NCBI GenBank assembly: GCA_051294375.1
Contig: CM119264.1
Span: 16,713,245 to 16,777,244 of the forward strand
Direction: 5' to 3'
DNA length: 64,000 nucleotides
Source: Paraspadella gotoi
Taxonomy: Eukaryota; Animalia; Chaetognatha
Shown: piece by piece, positions 1 to 13,892 of the stretch
Position numbering within the stretch: position 1 is the stretch's first letter
Layout of the letters: each line of letters begins with the position of its first letter
The notes under the pieces: model-generated
What the model was told of the DNA's origin: nothing
Database searches by the model: none
The model's input: only the letters and a program-made list of their open reading frames with translations
Made by a program: the position numbers and the translations under genes

Positions 1-1501
1 TTCGTTTCCTCACTCCTTCATTCCTTCTTTGAATATGAAAGCCGACAATAAATTAAATAACCGAAGCAATTGAAATGTATAAAAACGTAGAAGTAAGCTG
101 TTAAAACGTCAGAACTCGAGAGAAATTAGTTTTTTTAATTGGACTAAATAAAGAAAAAACAACCTTTTTGGGAAAAAAAGCTTTTCGGTCTGTTCCGACT
201 GTAATCGGCTTTAATTATTATATATTTATATTTTGTACTTATCTAAAGTATTCTACTAACCATATATTATTCGTCTGTACGTATATTGTATAATCCGTTT
301 AGGCGCCGGAATAAATAAAGTAAAGACTAAAAGAGTCGCTGATAGTGATTAATTTGCTTCATATTCAAATGAAAGAGACATTTTGTTTGAGCTTAAGCAA
401 ATTGCGTTTTTGGTGATTTCTGTGAGACTTATTGACAGATTGAAAGAGGGAAGAAAAAAAGAAAAGAGAGGGCGAATCAGAGTAGATCATTTAAATATGA
501 TTGAGATGAAAAAAATTTCATAGATCTATGCTGTATGTATTGAAGTCGATCTTTAATTGAAAAAAAATTAATTGGCACATTTTATTTGCACTAATTTTAA
601 TTATCAAGATAAAAATAATTTATTCATAAAGTCAACAAATAACGACCGAAGAGTAAAAACAAGAAAGAAAGAAAGAAAGAAAGAAAGAAGAAAGAAAGAA
701 AGAAAGAAAGAAAGCAAATACAAACAAAAAAGAAACTTTTCTTTAAATGTAAAACAAAAACATTAACAAAACGATAGATGCACGACAGTAGAAACGAAAC
801 AGAGAGCCAATTTATTGAATTAGAAAAGAATCAAAATCAAATAAGTTTTTTCAACCCTTTTTTTCTCCCTTTCTGTCCAGGAGAGGAGTGTTTTCTCTCT
901 TTATCAGGTTTTACGACGCAGTCAGCGCCGACAGCCCCGGCGGCAGCTCGTGTTCAGCTGCCTCGACGGAGCCGTCCGCAGCCCCGGCGGGGCCGCACGC
1001 CCCTGTAGGGCCGTTCTTCGTTTCGTACGGGGCTCGAGAGGAGCTGAGATCCAATGTCTAATAAAAACTTTGAATCGCCCAACTTCATAGGGAACCGCTT
1101 ATTGGATTAAAACTTTATACGAAGACTGACAATTGGGGATTATGAAGAAGTAAGGCGGCGGCGGTGGCGGCGGGAGAGATGTCGACGATCATAATGACGA
1201 CGATAAAGCAGATGAGGAAAGACTTGGTTCTGAAGTTAGTCTGTTTGGTGACAGCATTTCTGTTCTTATGGGATAGTAAAAGAGAGGGTAGGAGAGAGAG
1301 GAGAGACAGAAAAAAGGGAAAAGAGAAAGAAAAACACAGAGAGAGAGAGAGAGGGAAAGAGTGAATCTTTTTATTCTCTACTTTTCTTTTTGCTTTTCAA
1401 CCCGAAAGAAAAGCAAACATAATTTGGAAGACTTAAGGCCGACCAAGCGTTGAGAGCTGAAATACCGGAATATATTGAATCCCTAATATCCGATTCAATC
1501 T

Positions 1502-1576
<75 letters not shown>

Positions 1577-1624
1577 AAAGAAAGAAAGAAAGAAGAAAGA
1601 AAGAAAGAAAGAAAGAAGAAAGAA

Positions 1625-1656
<32 letters not shown>

Positions 1657-1939
1657 CGGACTGAGGTTTATTGCCGCCGAGTTGGTCCCGAAATTTCCAA
1701 TAAAGAAGAAATAAAAATATAGGATAAAGTGGTGAATAGATACGGAGGATTAGTGAGCAGAATAGTAAATTATTTTATTTGAATTTAGATTATTTCGTTT
1801 ATAGAAGAACGAATTTATCAATAAATATGTCCAGTAAAAACGGAAATTGTTTGTATATCAATTAAAGTAAAATAAAAATTCCACTAAATTAAATTAAGAT
1901 TTAAAAAACTACTCAAATAGAAACAACCATCGGAAAGAA

Positions 1940-1980
<41 letters not shown>

Positions 1981-2029
1981 CCATAACAATAATTCAAAAA
2001 AACAATCATCAATCACTCAATCAACTTAC

Positions 2030-2573
2030 CTAAACAAATAGTGTCCTGAATCGCGCTGCACGGTTGTAGCAGGATTTGATTGGCCGCGCACCTGGTACAC
2101 ACGATGCACACCATTGTGGCCGAGTGGACGTCGGAGTAGGTATTGTTAGGGCATCGTCGACAGACAGTGTCAGCCTTGGCGGAGCAGGGCTGGGAGGCGC
2201 CCCAGCCGTGACGGCAAACGTCGCAAGCGCGACACTCTCCGGACGCAGTGTCGAGGAAAAAACCAGTGTCGCACTCACACGTGGCGTCGTGCGTGACGTT
2301 GCATGGCGTCCTGACGCGCGCGTTGACGGGGCATTTCCGACAGGCGCGACAGGGCTTGTAGTGGCCCGAGTCACTGGAGAATGTCTCCCCGTGAACGCAG
2401 AGAGAGCAATCGGTGTTGTTGGTTGGCGAGACGCAGGGCGAGACGACGCCAAATCCCGGGGCGCAGCGGCGACAGCACGTAGCGTCGTTGAGGCGAAACT
2501 CGTTGTCTCGACATGGAACGGGGGAGGGAGATGATGGAGGGGAGGGAGACGAAAAGGCGAGGACGGGGGAACC
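2030..2573 (-). CDS. Exon encoding four TNFR cysteine-rich domains; p75NTR/NGFR (TNFRSF16)-like receptor ectodomain (partial gene)
   Basis: Acceptor tttacag|GGT at 2573, donor TTAG|gtaag at 2030; 544 nt open frame. Manual translation: ...PCRDNEFRLNDATCCRRCAPGFGVVSPCVSPTNNTDCSLCVHGETFSSDSGHYKPCRACRKCPVNARVRTPCNVTHDATCECDTGFFLDTASGECRACDVCRHGWGASQPCSAKADTVCRRCPNNTYSDVHSATMVCIVCTRCAANQILLQPCSAIQDTICL. Cys spacing and motifs (CC..C..G.GV..PC, TFS, C.C..G(F/Y)(F/Y).D...G.C, CP..TYSD) parallel the four CRDs of p75NTR. Signal-peptide, TM and death-domain exons not identified. Confidence 0.88.
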
Positions 2574-4488
2574 CTGTAAAGAAGGGGAGAAAATTTCAAT
2601 TAAAAAAAAAAACGTTGCTTTCGATTCTCTTTTTCTTATGCAAATTAAATACTTTTATGCATACTTTTTTTTTTGCATAATTTTATGCAAATTTATACTT
2701 TTTGGTCTCCGCTAGTTAACATCCTCAACCCTCTCTCCGCATGCTCTCATTGCTCCCCAATTGGCTGCCTGACCGCTTAACACATCCCCTCCTTTCTCCC
2801 CTCTTCCAGATTTGAAAGTTTGTATCATAAAAATTTTACGATTTTCCTCCCTTTAAGTTTTGATCCAAAGCGGTCTTTTTTTTTAGCGATAAAAAACAAC
2901 AACGACAAAAAATTTTAAAAGTCCGTTGTATTTTACGACGTATTTCGTAAGGTTGAAACGTCTCCATAACGTTATTCTTTGTGGTAGCAACTAAAATGTT
3001 TATATGACTATCTCCTCAAAGCCAAGCTGAAGTAGTAAATCTTCAAAAAATGGAAAAAGAGGCAACATAAGTAAAGATTTTTCTGTTAGCATAGATTACT
3101 TTTTGTGTTTGGGATAGACCCAAATTTATGATGGCCATTCGAAGTTTTACTGGCTACAAGCATTAAAAACTTTTGCTCTCTTTCCTCAACTTTAAACTTT
3201 TTTATAGTTTGGGCATTTGAACCAATATTTTTAGTTTATCTCTCTCTTTCTCTCTCTGCGTGCATCTCCCCGTTTCCTCTTTTTACACTTTTTTGTTACG
3301 TACATTTATATAAAATAATTCTGATTTCGTTATCTTCTATATCTCTGTCTTCCCCTTTCTGTCTTTAAGAACGCTCTTTTAAATGGCGTTTGTGAGGCGA
3401 TCCAGCCTCTTGCGTTGCGTTCCAACGTTACTCTCTCTCTCTCTGTCGGCGTTGTTGTTATTTGTGTTGCTCTATAACGACCGGGCTGCTGCCTCGTTTC
3501 TGTCTTCTCTCCGCTTTTACGAGTTTTGGAGAAGAAGCGCGATCTCTGGTTATTTTATCGTTTGTTTCAAGGGGGCTTCAGGGTAGTTTATGCCTTTGGA
3601 TGGCTAGTAGGGTTTTTATAATATTTTATGCTTGTGGGGGTTAATCGAGTGGTAATTGTTTATATACTTAGCAATATGAATATCTAAATTCTAGAACTCC
3701 ATTTATCAAATTTCTTAATAAAAAAATTTTCAAGTTTTGAATATTTAAGGATTATTTAATATTCAGTAATTCCGATGCCCAAAAAATAAAACCTGGAAAA
3801 GCCAGTAATTAAAATAAAACTTTTTATCAAATTAGCAAATCTGACCAATGACCATGCAAATTTACAAATAACGAGACCTAGAGCTAATAAACCTTCTAAA
3901 GCCTCCGAAGAATATGATGTGGTATCTTTCCTTTCCCTCGACGAGAGATCTCCGGCGTAAACCTCAGGACTTCCTTCGGGTCTAGGGACATAGCCAGGAC
4001 AGTATGTCAAAGGAAGAAGGGGTTTATTGTGTATCGGGGTCCTTACCCTAAACGACCCCACCCCCGCTGCCCCGTGAGAGATACCGTCCAGCGTCGTCGG
4101 CGAGATGTTTAGATCAAAGAAAACCGGACGAAGAGAAAGCGATTGCCGACTGCGGTCAGAGAGAGAGAGAGAGAGAGAGCGGACTTTTACGACTCTATCA
4201 ATTTGGGTTCGTTTTTATTGTTCCGTCCGACTTTTTTCTTCCAAAAGATTTTGAGTTTCTTTTAAAAATGTCGAATTCCTTCAGCGAACTTTATTGCCTA
4301 CCTTTCGGTAGAGAGCGTCTGGTACAGTAAAATTTGACTTTAACGTCGCCCTTGATTCGCCGAGCGAATCTAGATTATTTGAGCGTTTTTATAGGAACAG
4401 TTTTTTTGGTTAATTTAATTTAGAAGAGTGTTGTCCTTTGACAATATAACGCTTTTGTAAATTTTTTATAACTATATTATAAAAACTA

Positions 4489-4933
4489 CAGACCTGTGCA
4501 AAAAAAACGCACCACTTTATTTCAGACTTTAAAAATCACCCTATATACTTGAATTTTTAATAAAATTTTAAAAGTGATTTAAAGTTTATTGAAAAATGAT
4601 AAGTTTGGCATAAATTTTATTCTAATTGGGTTATCCATTTAGGAGCAATGGTTTTTTAAAATCAAGTACTGCTGAATGTAAAAAAATCTGATAGATTTAA
4701 GACTAATATTTTTCTTCTGATATTTTATAATACTTAAAGTAGATTAAAAATGAAAAAAAAATTATACTGGACATCCGGAGGCATAGCTGGATAACTTGAT
4801 TGCCCCAGAACCCTAAATAATAATCTTAAAGTTATTAAAACATATGATAAAAGACAGGTTCATGATGCTAAAAATGTCTTTATAATCTGGAATTTAAAGT
4901 TATAAAGTGGCGCGTTTTTTTTGTACAGGACTG
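4489..4933. mobile_element. Tc1/mariner-type MITE
   Basis: ~30 bp imperfect TIRs (CAGACCTGTGCAAAAAAAACGCACCACTTTA ... TAAAGTGGCGCGTTTTTTTGTACAGGACTG), TA on both flanks (4487-88, 4934-35), AT-rich non-coding interior. Confidence 0.75.
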
Positions 4934-5273
4934 TATAGTGTATACTCTTCAATTAAATCGACTTTATCATTATCATATGTGATGTTTTACTTTGTTCTTT
5001 TCTCGCCATTTATCTTTCGGTCCCTCTCATCGTGTATCTTCAGTTATTCCTCTTTTTTTAAATTCACAATCGCCGCTCAACAACCCAGATGAGGGTAATG
5101 GTGGGCCACTAAGGGTAGGCAAAATCAGGACAAGGTGCAAAACAATGACAATTCTCTGTCTACTATAACTGCTGGACTGTCTCTGTCTCCGTCTCAATCA
5201 CCATTGTCCGTCACACTCCTCCTCGACGAAAACCGTTGTCGTTGTCTATTATTTTTGCAAACCCATAAAATTT

Positions 5274-5323
<50 letters not shown>

Positions 5324-6389
5324 GACGCCGACTTTGATCTCTGGGTCTCAAATGGAGAAGTTTTAGGGTTTGACACGAAGGCAGTAAAACTCGGGGTTCG
5401 AAGCCCTAAAACTCGAGCGACCCGGCTGGGCACAGATTTTTTACGGCCTCCGATGCCCCGGTATTATTGTTATTACGAGGCCCGGGCCCGGGCGAGGTTC
5501 GAGCCACGCTTTGGAATAGACGGACAGAAAGAGATCGCAAAAATATCTTCTTTGTCTACTACTTTTTTCGCTAATCGTGCATTTACACAAAAGTATCTCT
5601 TCGTGTGGGAATAAACTATTCGTGTTTCTATACGTATATACTATATGCACGACACAGCAAGAGGGATGAAAGAAAGAAAAAAGAAAGAAAGAAAGGAAGG
5701 GAAAAAAAGAGAAAAAAAGAAAAAGTAAGAAAAAAATAAAAATAAAAGAAAAAAAAAGGGAAAAAAGTGACAAAAACAAAGAAAGAAAGAAAGAAAAAAG
5801 TGAAAAAAGAAAGAAAAAAAAGGAAAAAGAAAGAAGAAAAAAATAAAGATAAAAGAAAGAGATAAAGAAAGAAAGATGGAAAGAAAAAAAGACCAAGTAA
5901 AGTAAAAAAGAAAGAAAGAAAGAGGAGGATCTCTAAAGTGCTCCAAATGACTTTCCTGTTTCTGTTTGAACAGAATGTAATGCTGAGACGTCGGCTTCTT
6001 TGATGTCTCTAGAAACTAGAATCCGGTTATTTGCACTGTTTGCAATAAATTTTATAAATTGATTGGATTTTTTTCCCTTTGAATAGTTAAAATTAAATAT
6101 TAATTAATTAATTCATAATAATTTTCTCCATTCCAATCCTGACTAAAATTATAACCTTTACTGTAAGTTACAAAGGAGTTTTACATTGTTCATGAATTGC
6201 TAATGAGAGAAAGATTGAAAAAAAAAAGGCTTTTGCGTCTTTGTTGTTTTTTTTTTTGCCAATCTTTACGAACTGACACATTGACGTGCGTATTAAAGCA
6301 AATCTAATGACAAGAAAAATGGTCAAAAGTCAAAAAATGTTTTCATGTTTTTCTTTTCATGTTTAGCCGAGGTTGAGTTTTCGGAGCTT

Positions 6390-6429
<40 letters not shown>

Positions 6430-7541
6430 CGGATATTTATGAGTTTTTCGCGGGGGAGAGGGGGAAGAGATTAGTTCAGATAGGGCTGAGGTGGCGTGGG
6501 GAGAGATTTCCAGAAGAAAGCGTGGTTGTGGTAGAGGGGTTTGAGAATAAAAGAAGGGGTCCGCGTGAAGCAAAAACGGCTCGGTTCGGGAAAAAGTTTG
6601 TACGGTTCTTAAAGAACAAAATTCGATTCGCGAATTTAGGCTTCGACTGCAATTATCGGGTGAGTGAAAGCAAAGTCAAAGTATAACGAAAAACTAGCAA
6701 CCGTTTCGTCGTTTTTGTTATTTTACAAACTATAACCTTTCTAATATAATAATTCCTCAATGCCATTTTCGATAATAACCAAACCAATTGAATTTGTAAA
6801 AAAAAAAAAAAAAAGAGTTCACCCATTTTTAACGCAAGTGTGTGAATGATCGCGCGAATTTTTCCATTACCGGGGATGAAAAAGGCGGTTCGGGGAAAGC
6901 TCCGGGCGAGGGAGACCCGAGGGGTGGCCCCGGGGGTGGCGAGGGCGAAAATGAGAGAAAAGCACAGGCAGAGGCATCGTCGAGCGTAAAAACTCGAAAC
7001 GGGATGCAACTCGGTTCCTTCGGCCTTCCCCGGACTCGTAAATATCCCGGGATTTCTCGTTAACGTCATCCGCGCAAACTCTCGTCCCCGATCTCGCTCG
7101 AAAAAAGCGCCGCCAAAGGCCGCTACGTATGATTGGTTGAACGAAGGCTAGCTCGACTATTGATTGGCTTGCTCATCGTTTTGTCTTCGATATCGTTGAA
7201 GGGGTAAGTGAGAGAGACTCGTAACGAAAGAGAGCAGGAGAAATTTGTTAATATTGAAATGTATCAATTTTTTTGGGGGGAAAAATTCTACCAACAACGA
7301 TGAATTTGTTTCCTTGATTAGCACGTTTCCTTTTGACTCTGCGGATTCAAACTTTCAACGATTCTACGTCGCTAAAACTCATATTCTAACGAAAATTTAT
7401 GAATGGATTTTAAATTTTCATGCCTTTAAAATTTTTCAGTCGGTTTAGGAGACTACTTATGAACATACTTTTTTCAGAGATGCTTTGTCTCTGTGTTGTT
7501 TCTTCCTAAAAGACTGGCTATGGGTAATCTCTCCCTCCTAG

Positions 7542-7673
<132 letters not shown>

Positions 7674-8839
7674 CGACTCGAACTTGAAACAGCGTCATAA
7701 AATAGAGGTTTTGACAATCATGGGGAAACGCAGGACGAAATCCAGTCAAAAAGAGGAGGAAGAACAACAGGGCGTAGCGGACGAGGAAATAAGAAGAAAA
7801 AAAGGCAAAGCTTGTGAGAGTTAAGTTTACACAAGTTATAACGAAAGAAAAGTAAAAAAGAGAGAAATTCAGAGTTTACTCGTAATTAAAAACGAAGTCG
7901 CTTTCAATTTAACTGTATCGGAGGCGAGTCGACACTGCACGAGTAAAACGGCCCACAGGCATTTTGGAGATCAATGTTGAGAGATTAAAGAACTCCGTAA
8001 ATTTGTTAAGAGGTGAGAGACGCCGTGGGACACCAGACGGTTCGCCGTTGGTTGGTCTCACTCCGCGGTAAAGTCTGCGCGCTGTATTAAAAAGTGGAAA
8101 AGTTGAAAAAATCGACGTTATCTTTTCGAGCAGAATACAAATACAAAAATAAGTATAAGACAACAGACAAGGAGAATTAAATTTTCTTTTTTTCTCGTTT
8201 GCTTCTTTCGTTACACACAGGAAATCAGCTGCTTGTCTCGTCACGAATGTTTTGATTTTTCTGTCATCGGCTTTTTTGTAACCGACGAACGGGAGGAAAA
8301 AAAAAGATTTAAATTAATAGATTCAAAGTTTTGTTCGCTTTTCGATCTTTTCATACTTTTTTTCGGGTATTCGATCATGAACAAAAAAAAGTTTTGGTTA
8401 TCAAAAAGAAGCTGGGTTTTGGGTAGTGGATGGAGGTAGAGGTGGAGAAAGTATGAAAGCGAGGGCAGTTAAGGGATGACGGAAAAAGATCAAAACGAAA
8501 GATGGCAAAAAATGTAGAATAGTTTTTAAGTATATAAAACTAAATGATCGGAAAGGATTTGTATTTGGAATTGCAGTCAGGAAAGAATGGTGAGAGGGAG
8601 ATTTCAGAAGTGATTTCAGAAGCTTGAGGATCGAAGACTCTCGGAACCAATGAGAAAATCGTACAAATAAAGACGACATCGACCACTTTACACGATTTTC
8701 TCTTTATAAATATTTCTACAAGCGAGATAATTAGTTCTCATAGACACAGACAGACAGACAGAGAAACAGAAAAATCCGTTACGCGTCTCAACAGAAAAAA
8801 GTTATTCATCCTTCGCCTCCTCGACGGTTGGAAGACAGG

Positions 8840-8951
<112 letters not shown>

Positions 8952-11900
8952 GAGACCGTCGACGGGCGGCAAGGTTCTTTCATCTTTGACGCGCGGGGAA
9001 CAAAGGGAAAAAGTTTTGACGACACGACTAGCCGCGATGATCCGCGATGACCTGACCGCCAATCTCGACGCATGGAATAGCGCAGCGCAAGTGGAATGTT
9101 ATTGTTGAAAAGAGGAGGTATTTTCGAGCTTAGAGATCTCAGGTCAAATGATTGGAGAAGGCATGGTTATTATAAAAAAATGCCGCATCGTATTTAGTCT
9201 TGAATTGTGTGTATTGTGAATTTTTGTAATCTAACGAATTAATAAATATTTTTAATATATTTGGGATATAATTGGGACGCAAGGTACAAGCGACTCTTAC
9301 AAGGTTTACATCTAATGACGAGAATCTGAATTTCTCCAACAGCTAGTCAAACAATCAAACAACCAGCCAACAGCAAGCGCTGAACTAAAGTCGCCCCAAT
9401 TTCTGTTTTCGTTCTTCCACGGAGAAATGAAAAGTCAAGTTGATTATTTTTGGCCCCATGAGAATTTCTGGTCTGAAACATTTAAAAAAAGAGGTTAATC
9501 TCTTTCTCTCTCTGTTTGTCTGACTGCCTTTAACGTTTGCGAAAAGAATTAAATTGATTGAATGAAGTCGCAAATGCCCCAAAACAAAAAAAGTTAAGTC
9601 AGTTTTTAAATTACCTTTTTATATTAAAATAAAACGATGGAAACGAGGTCGTTTGTGGATTTGGGAATTATTCTTTGGTTGGGGATGATGGGGAATGCCG
9701 TATGCCCGAAGGGCACAGAGATAGATCCCCAAGCTTCAGCCCAAAGCAATAATATTCTAGGTTTAGAATTTCTTCGGTTCTTCGAAGGAAGAGAGAGAGA
9801 GAACGAAAGAGAGAGAACGAATACAAACGAGATCCTATTCAAAGAGAAAGAAAACACCTTCGGAGAACAGATCCTCGTCGTGTCGCCGCTTTATTACATG
9901 TCAATCATGGAAGAAAAAAAATAAGACCCATCGAGTATTTGGCATTTTAGCAGCTTTTGTTTGTTTATTTTAGGAAATGAAAATAAATACTAGAGGAATG
10001 GAAGTTTGGGAGCGGGTAAAGTATGGGAGGTTAAAGAAAAGTAAAGAGTGGACTGCACAACTTATAATATCTTGAAAATTTGGTTCATTTCCGAAAACAA
10101 TACTGATTGGGAAACATTTCTAATTATTTTACTAAATAATAATTATCTTCTGTAATAAATTTTAACAAACAAATTTTAACCAATAAGTCATGAGACCAAA
10201 AAAAAGCCTAAAACTTATCCAGAACAGAGACTGCATTGACAGACTAAAAATTTATATTAAGCAAAAGGAACGTCATCGCATGTCGACGGGAGATTTACAA
10301 GTGAACCGAGGATCGCTAATGACGGGCGATAGTATTCTGTGAACCTCGAAAAAAGTCCGGATCTCAGCGATTATTACTTTTCTAAGCGAACAGTGAATAC
10401 CGATAGACTTACCATTGCGTTTAGAATTAACATGAGGGGGACAACACGAAGAGAAATCCAATTCAAAGACATTTTCCTTTTTTTCAAAAGTTGACGTTGG
10501 GTGCGGTATTCCTGATGAATCGTGATCATAAAATTCCGTTAATTTTTTTATGATAAAATAGTTAGGAGAGATTCGAGGTTCTGTTCATCGAGATTTCGAG
10601 GCAATCGTCAAGAGATTAAGGGAAAATCGCAAGTTTGAACCATTCATCGGATTCGTCGTGGCGTTCGTTCGTTCATTTAAATCATCACCGTATTCCAATG
10701 GTCCGCGATAATGATTACCACGATCACCGTGTTCGCAAAAGCGCTTTTCAAAACGAGTTATTTTTTTTTTATCCACTTGATCCGGGGTGGAAAAAGATAT
10801 AAGGAAAAGCGAGAGCGAGTTAGAAGAGAGAGAGAGAGAGACACGAAGACGGGGTGAGAGACGGAGTAAGAACTGTGATAAAAAACAAAGTTTTTGTGTT
10901 GATCCTTTTTTCCCTCGTCTCTCTCCTCTTCCGCCTCCTCTTCTTCTTCCTCCTCTTCCTTTCCCGATTCTCTCCTCGTCGACAAGGAGAAGAAAAGGAC
11001 TCCATTTCATCGACGTGGGATGCAGCTGATACTGCTTCGCCGTCCCTGCTGACTTTCTGTTGCGACGCTGTCGTTACTTTTCGGACCATCCTGCAGCGGG
11101 TGCGGCAGCCGAGTTATAAGGATTTTTTTAGTTATCTTGTTTACTAGTAAATCAACATAGAAAAATTAACTAAATTAGTAGTATATTTATAGATAAGAAG
11201 CACAGCCTATTTGAATAATATTGACGTTTCTTGCAGGTTAACAAAGGCACAAAGCAAGACTTGCCAACGCCGCAGCGTTTTTCGGCCCAGCAATATAGAG
11301 GAGAGAGAGAAAGAGAAAGATTTCCTCTCAAGTCTACAAACCCTTTTCAATGGACCGAGCGGCAAATTACTTCAATGTGTAACAAAGAAAACTCGTCTTT
11401 TCGAGGACGAGTCGCAGCCATGAACAATCCCGGGACTCGTTCATTTGAAGTCGCCTCCCCGTCATACGTCGGGCCGATTCATGTTCCGCGATCTGATAGA
11501 ACCGACAAATCGAAAGAGTGACGTTTCCCCGTCGAGCGATCTGCCGATCATCCAGTTAATTCCAGTTATGGATATCAATTTTCGCATGCATATAATTAAA
11601 TATTGTTTACTTAATCATTAATGTACATACGGAGTTTATTTCGGTGACGTTAAAATATAGTTAATAACATTGAGTATATTCATTTATTTGATGATTCCCG
11701 AGAAATATATTGGACTGGGGATAAAAATTTTTAAACCATTTTACTAATAACCCGAATCTTCTGAATTTTTCGAGATAAATTCATAGTTCTATTCATCATT
11801 TTTTTTTTATCAATCAATATAGAAAAAAAAGACAAAGAAAATGTGTTACGCCGCAGTGACTTTCTAATGTTAACAGCGGACAGTGGAAATATTTCGGGAT

Positions 11901-12639
11901 GATCATGTGACGACACAAGAATAAAACGAACAAAAACATATTATCGCTCATAACGCCAAACATTGTTTAACAACTTTGAAATGAATATACAAAAAACTTT
12001 TTTTCTGCAAGAAATAAAGAAAGACAACAATATTATATGTTCGCGAGAAAAGTACAATTATAAAAAGGAGTTTTTAGAATCCAAAAACCAAGATGGTAAT
12101 ACATATCTGATATCGACACTTTTTTATCACTGATGATTGCAAAATAATACTTTTTCTCAAAAACCGGTAGAGGACGGACTAAATCACTTACAAAAAACAA
12201 ATGGTCACTGCGAGCGAAAATATCTTCAAAAATTAAGAACTTTTAGAAAAAAATAAAAGCCCGAGCAAAGTCATTGACGCAAAAATTTACTTTATTACTT
12301 TACTAATAATATTAGTTACTTCCCTTTTCTATCGGTGTGTCTGTCTGTCGGTCTGTCCCACTTACGTTTAAATGCTTAAAACTCTGGTAAAACTTCATCA
12401 ATTATATTCATATTTGGTAGAAGGGTTGGTACCATAAGACCTTTAATGCACAATATGAAATATGTAATATCACCTTAAAAAGCGTTCAATGACCAGAAAT
12501 TCAAATTTTTTTAAGTTTATAAAGATATTACTATGAATATGATAATGTTCCGCTAAAAAATTCGTTAATCCCAGAATTTAATTTTAATTTCAATATTGAA
12601 CCTAAATATATTTTTAAATTCATAAACAAATTCCAATCT

Positions 12640-12870
12640 CTAATCCTTAATTCCTAACACTAACCTTTATCCCTAACTTCTAACCCAAACCTGTATCCCT
12701 AAATACTAATAGTATTAGTTTAGGTATTTGGGCGAAGAACTAGTATTAACTAGTTCTTAACCCAAATACCTAATCCTAATCACTAACCAAGTCACTAACC
12801 TTAATCACTAACTTAATGCCTAACTTTATCCCTAACCCTAACTCTTAGCCTAATCTTTAATTAAAAAAAT
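12640..12870. repeat. Degenerate telomere-like (CCCTAA-type) interstitial repeat containing a 54-nt fold-back at 12720-12773
   Basis: Many cctaa/cctaac/ccttaa units; hairpin TTAGGTATTTGGG-cg-AAGAACTAGT-atta-ACTAGTTCTT-aa-CCCAAATACCTAA. Confidence 0.65.
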
Positions 12871-13892
12871 TAACCTAATTTTAAATCTAAGACAAAATAA
12901 GGCGTTCTGGGAAAATAAGGCTGTTGTTCGTCCACAGCCGATTCTTTTCATCACTCCACTATAGTTTTTACTGCGTAACCAATATTTTATTTATATATTT
13001 TTGAATTTAGTTATCTCATGATTATATAAATGAAGGTGTAAAACAGTTACTCCAGGTAAAAGTTTTTATTAAGTTTGCAGAATTGTTTAAACATTGGTGG
13101 GGGGGAAAGGATTTAAACATTTATTCAGTATGAAAAAAGGTATTGGTGATCGGCTAAGAGTAAAATCGAGGTAAGATTAGTTCGATTAGTTGTATTAAAA
13201 ATTAAATTTTACCACATTTTGGATGTTGCAGTAAAGTGATAAAAACTTGACTTTATTAAGAAAAGTTATTTAATGACGGTTTGTAATTTACAAGATAAAA
13301 GTAATCGGAACATTGGAATAAAAGAAGCTATGCGGAAAGATGTGAGAGATAGAGAAAGGCGAATTGTTTCAGCACACTTCGGTGACTTGTATTAATCTAT
13401 CACTTGCATCTCAAAAAACCCATCTAAACATTTCACGTATCTCTTTGCAGTGACAAATTAAACGATGTTATGAAATTAAAAACCGGTCTCCCATTTTTAC
13501 TAGAATAAAACAGTATAGCTCTGAAATTTTGGACCACAAAAAAACGAAAAATGGAACTTCTTAAATACAAATTAAACGTAAGTAGAATAGCGCAGGAAGT
13601 GTAAAAAAATTTTATTTTTATATGTAAAAATATTAACAATCAAAATACAATGTCTTCCATAGGAAGAAATCTATGATGTTTGATTATTGAGCAGGAATGT
13701 TGCCGGTGTCTAATCCAAATATGTAATTTGCAACGGAGTTTTGGTTGAAGCGACGGCTGCGCTAGTAAAGGGAAAAATAATCTTCGAAAGCGTGCGGTTA
13801 GTAATCATTAACGACTATGAAAACTCAACTGTTATGGCAACAGCCGGGTTTCCTGGGATGCCCATTGGGATGGAGAACCTCACTCTTATCTT

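Noticed and set aside
910-1260. GC-rich islands as TM/cytoplasmic exons of the TNFR gene
   Set aside because: The hydrophobic frame (SFLICFIVVIMIV) is not phase-compatible with the CRD exon donor and compatible frames hit stops; unresolved without transcripts.
2030-2599. ORF-track proteins of 189 aa (-) and 152 aa (+)
   Set aside because: Wrong frame or strand; the Cys-rich TNFR frame bounded by splice sites explains the region.
5060-5210. Signal-peptide-like frame RQRIVIVLHLVLILPTLSG on the minus strand as TNFR exon 1
   Set aside because: No in-frame ATG (stop immediately upstream) and no convincing phase-0 donor; would need an assumed sequencing error.
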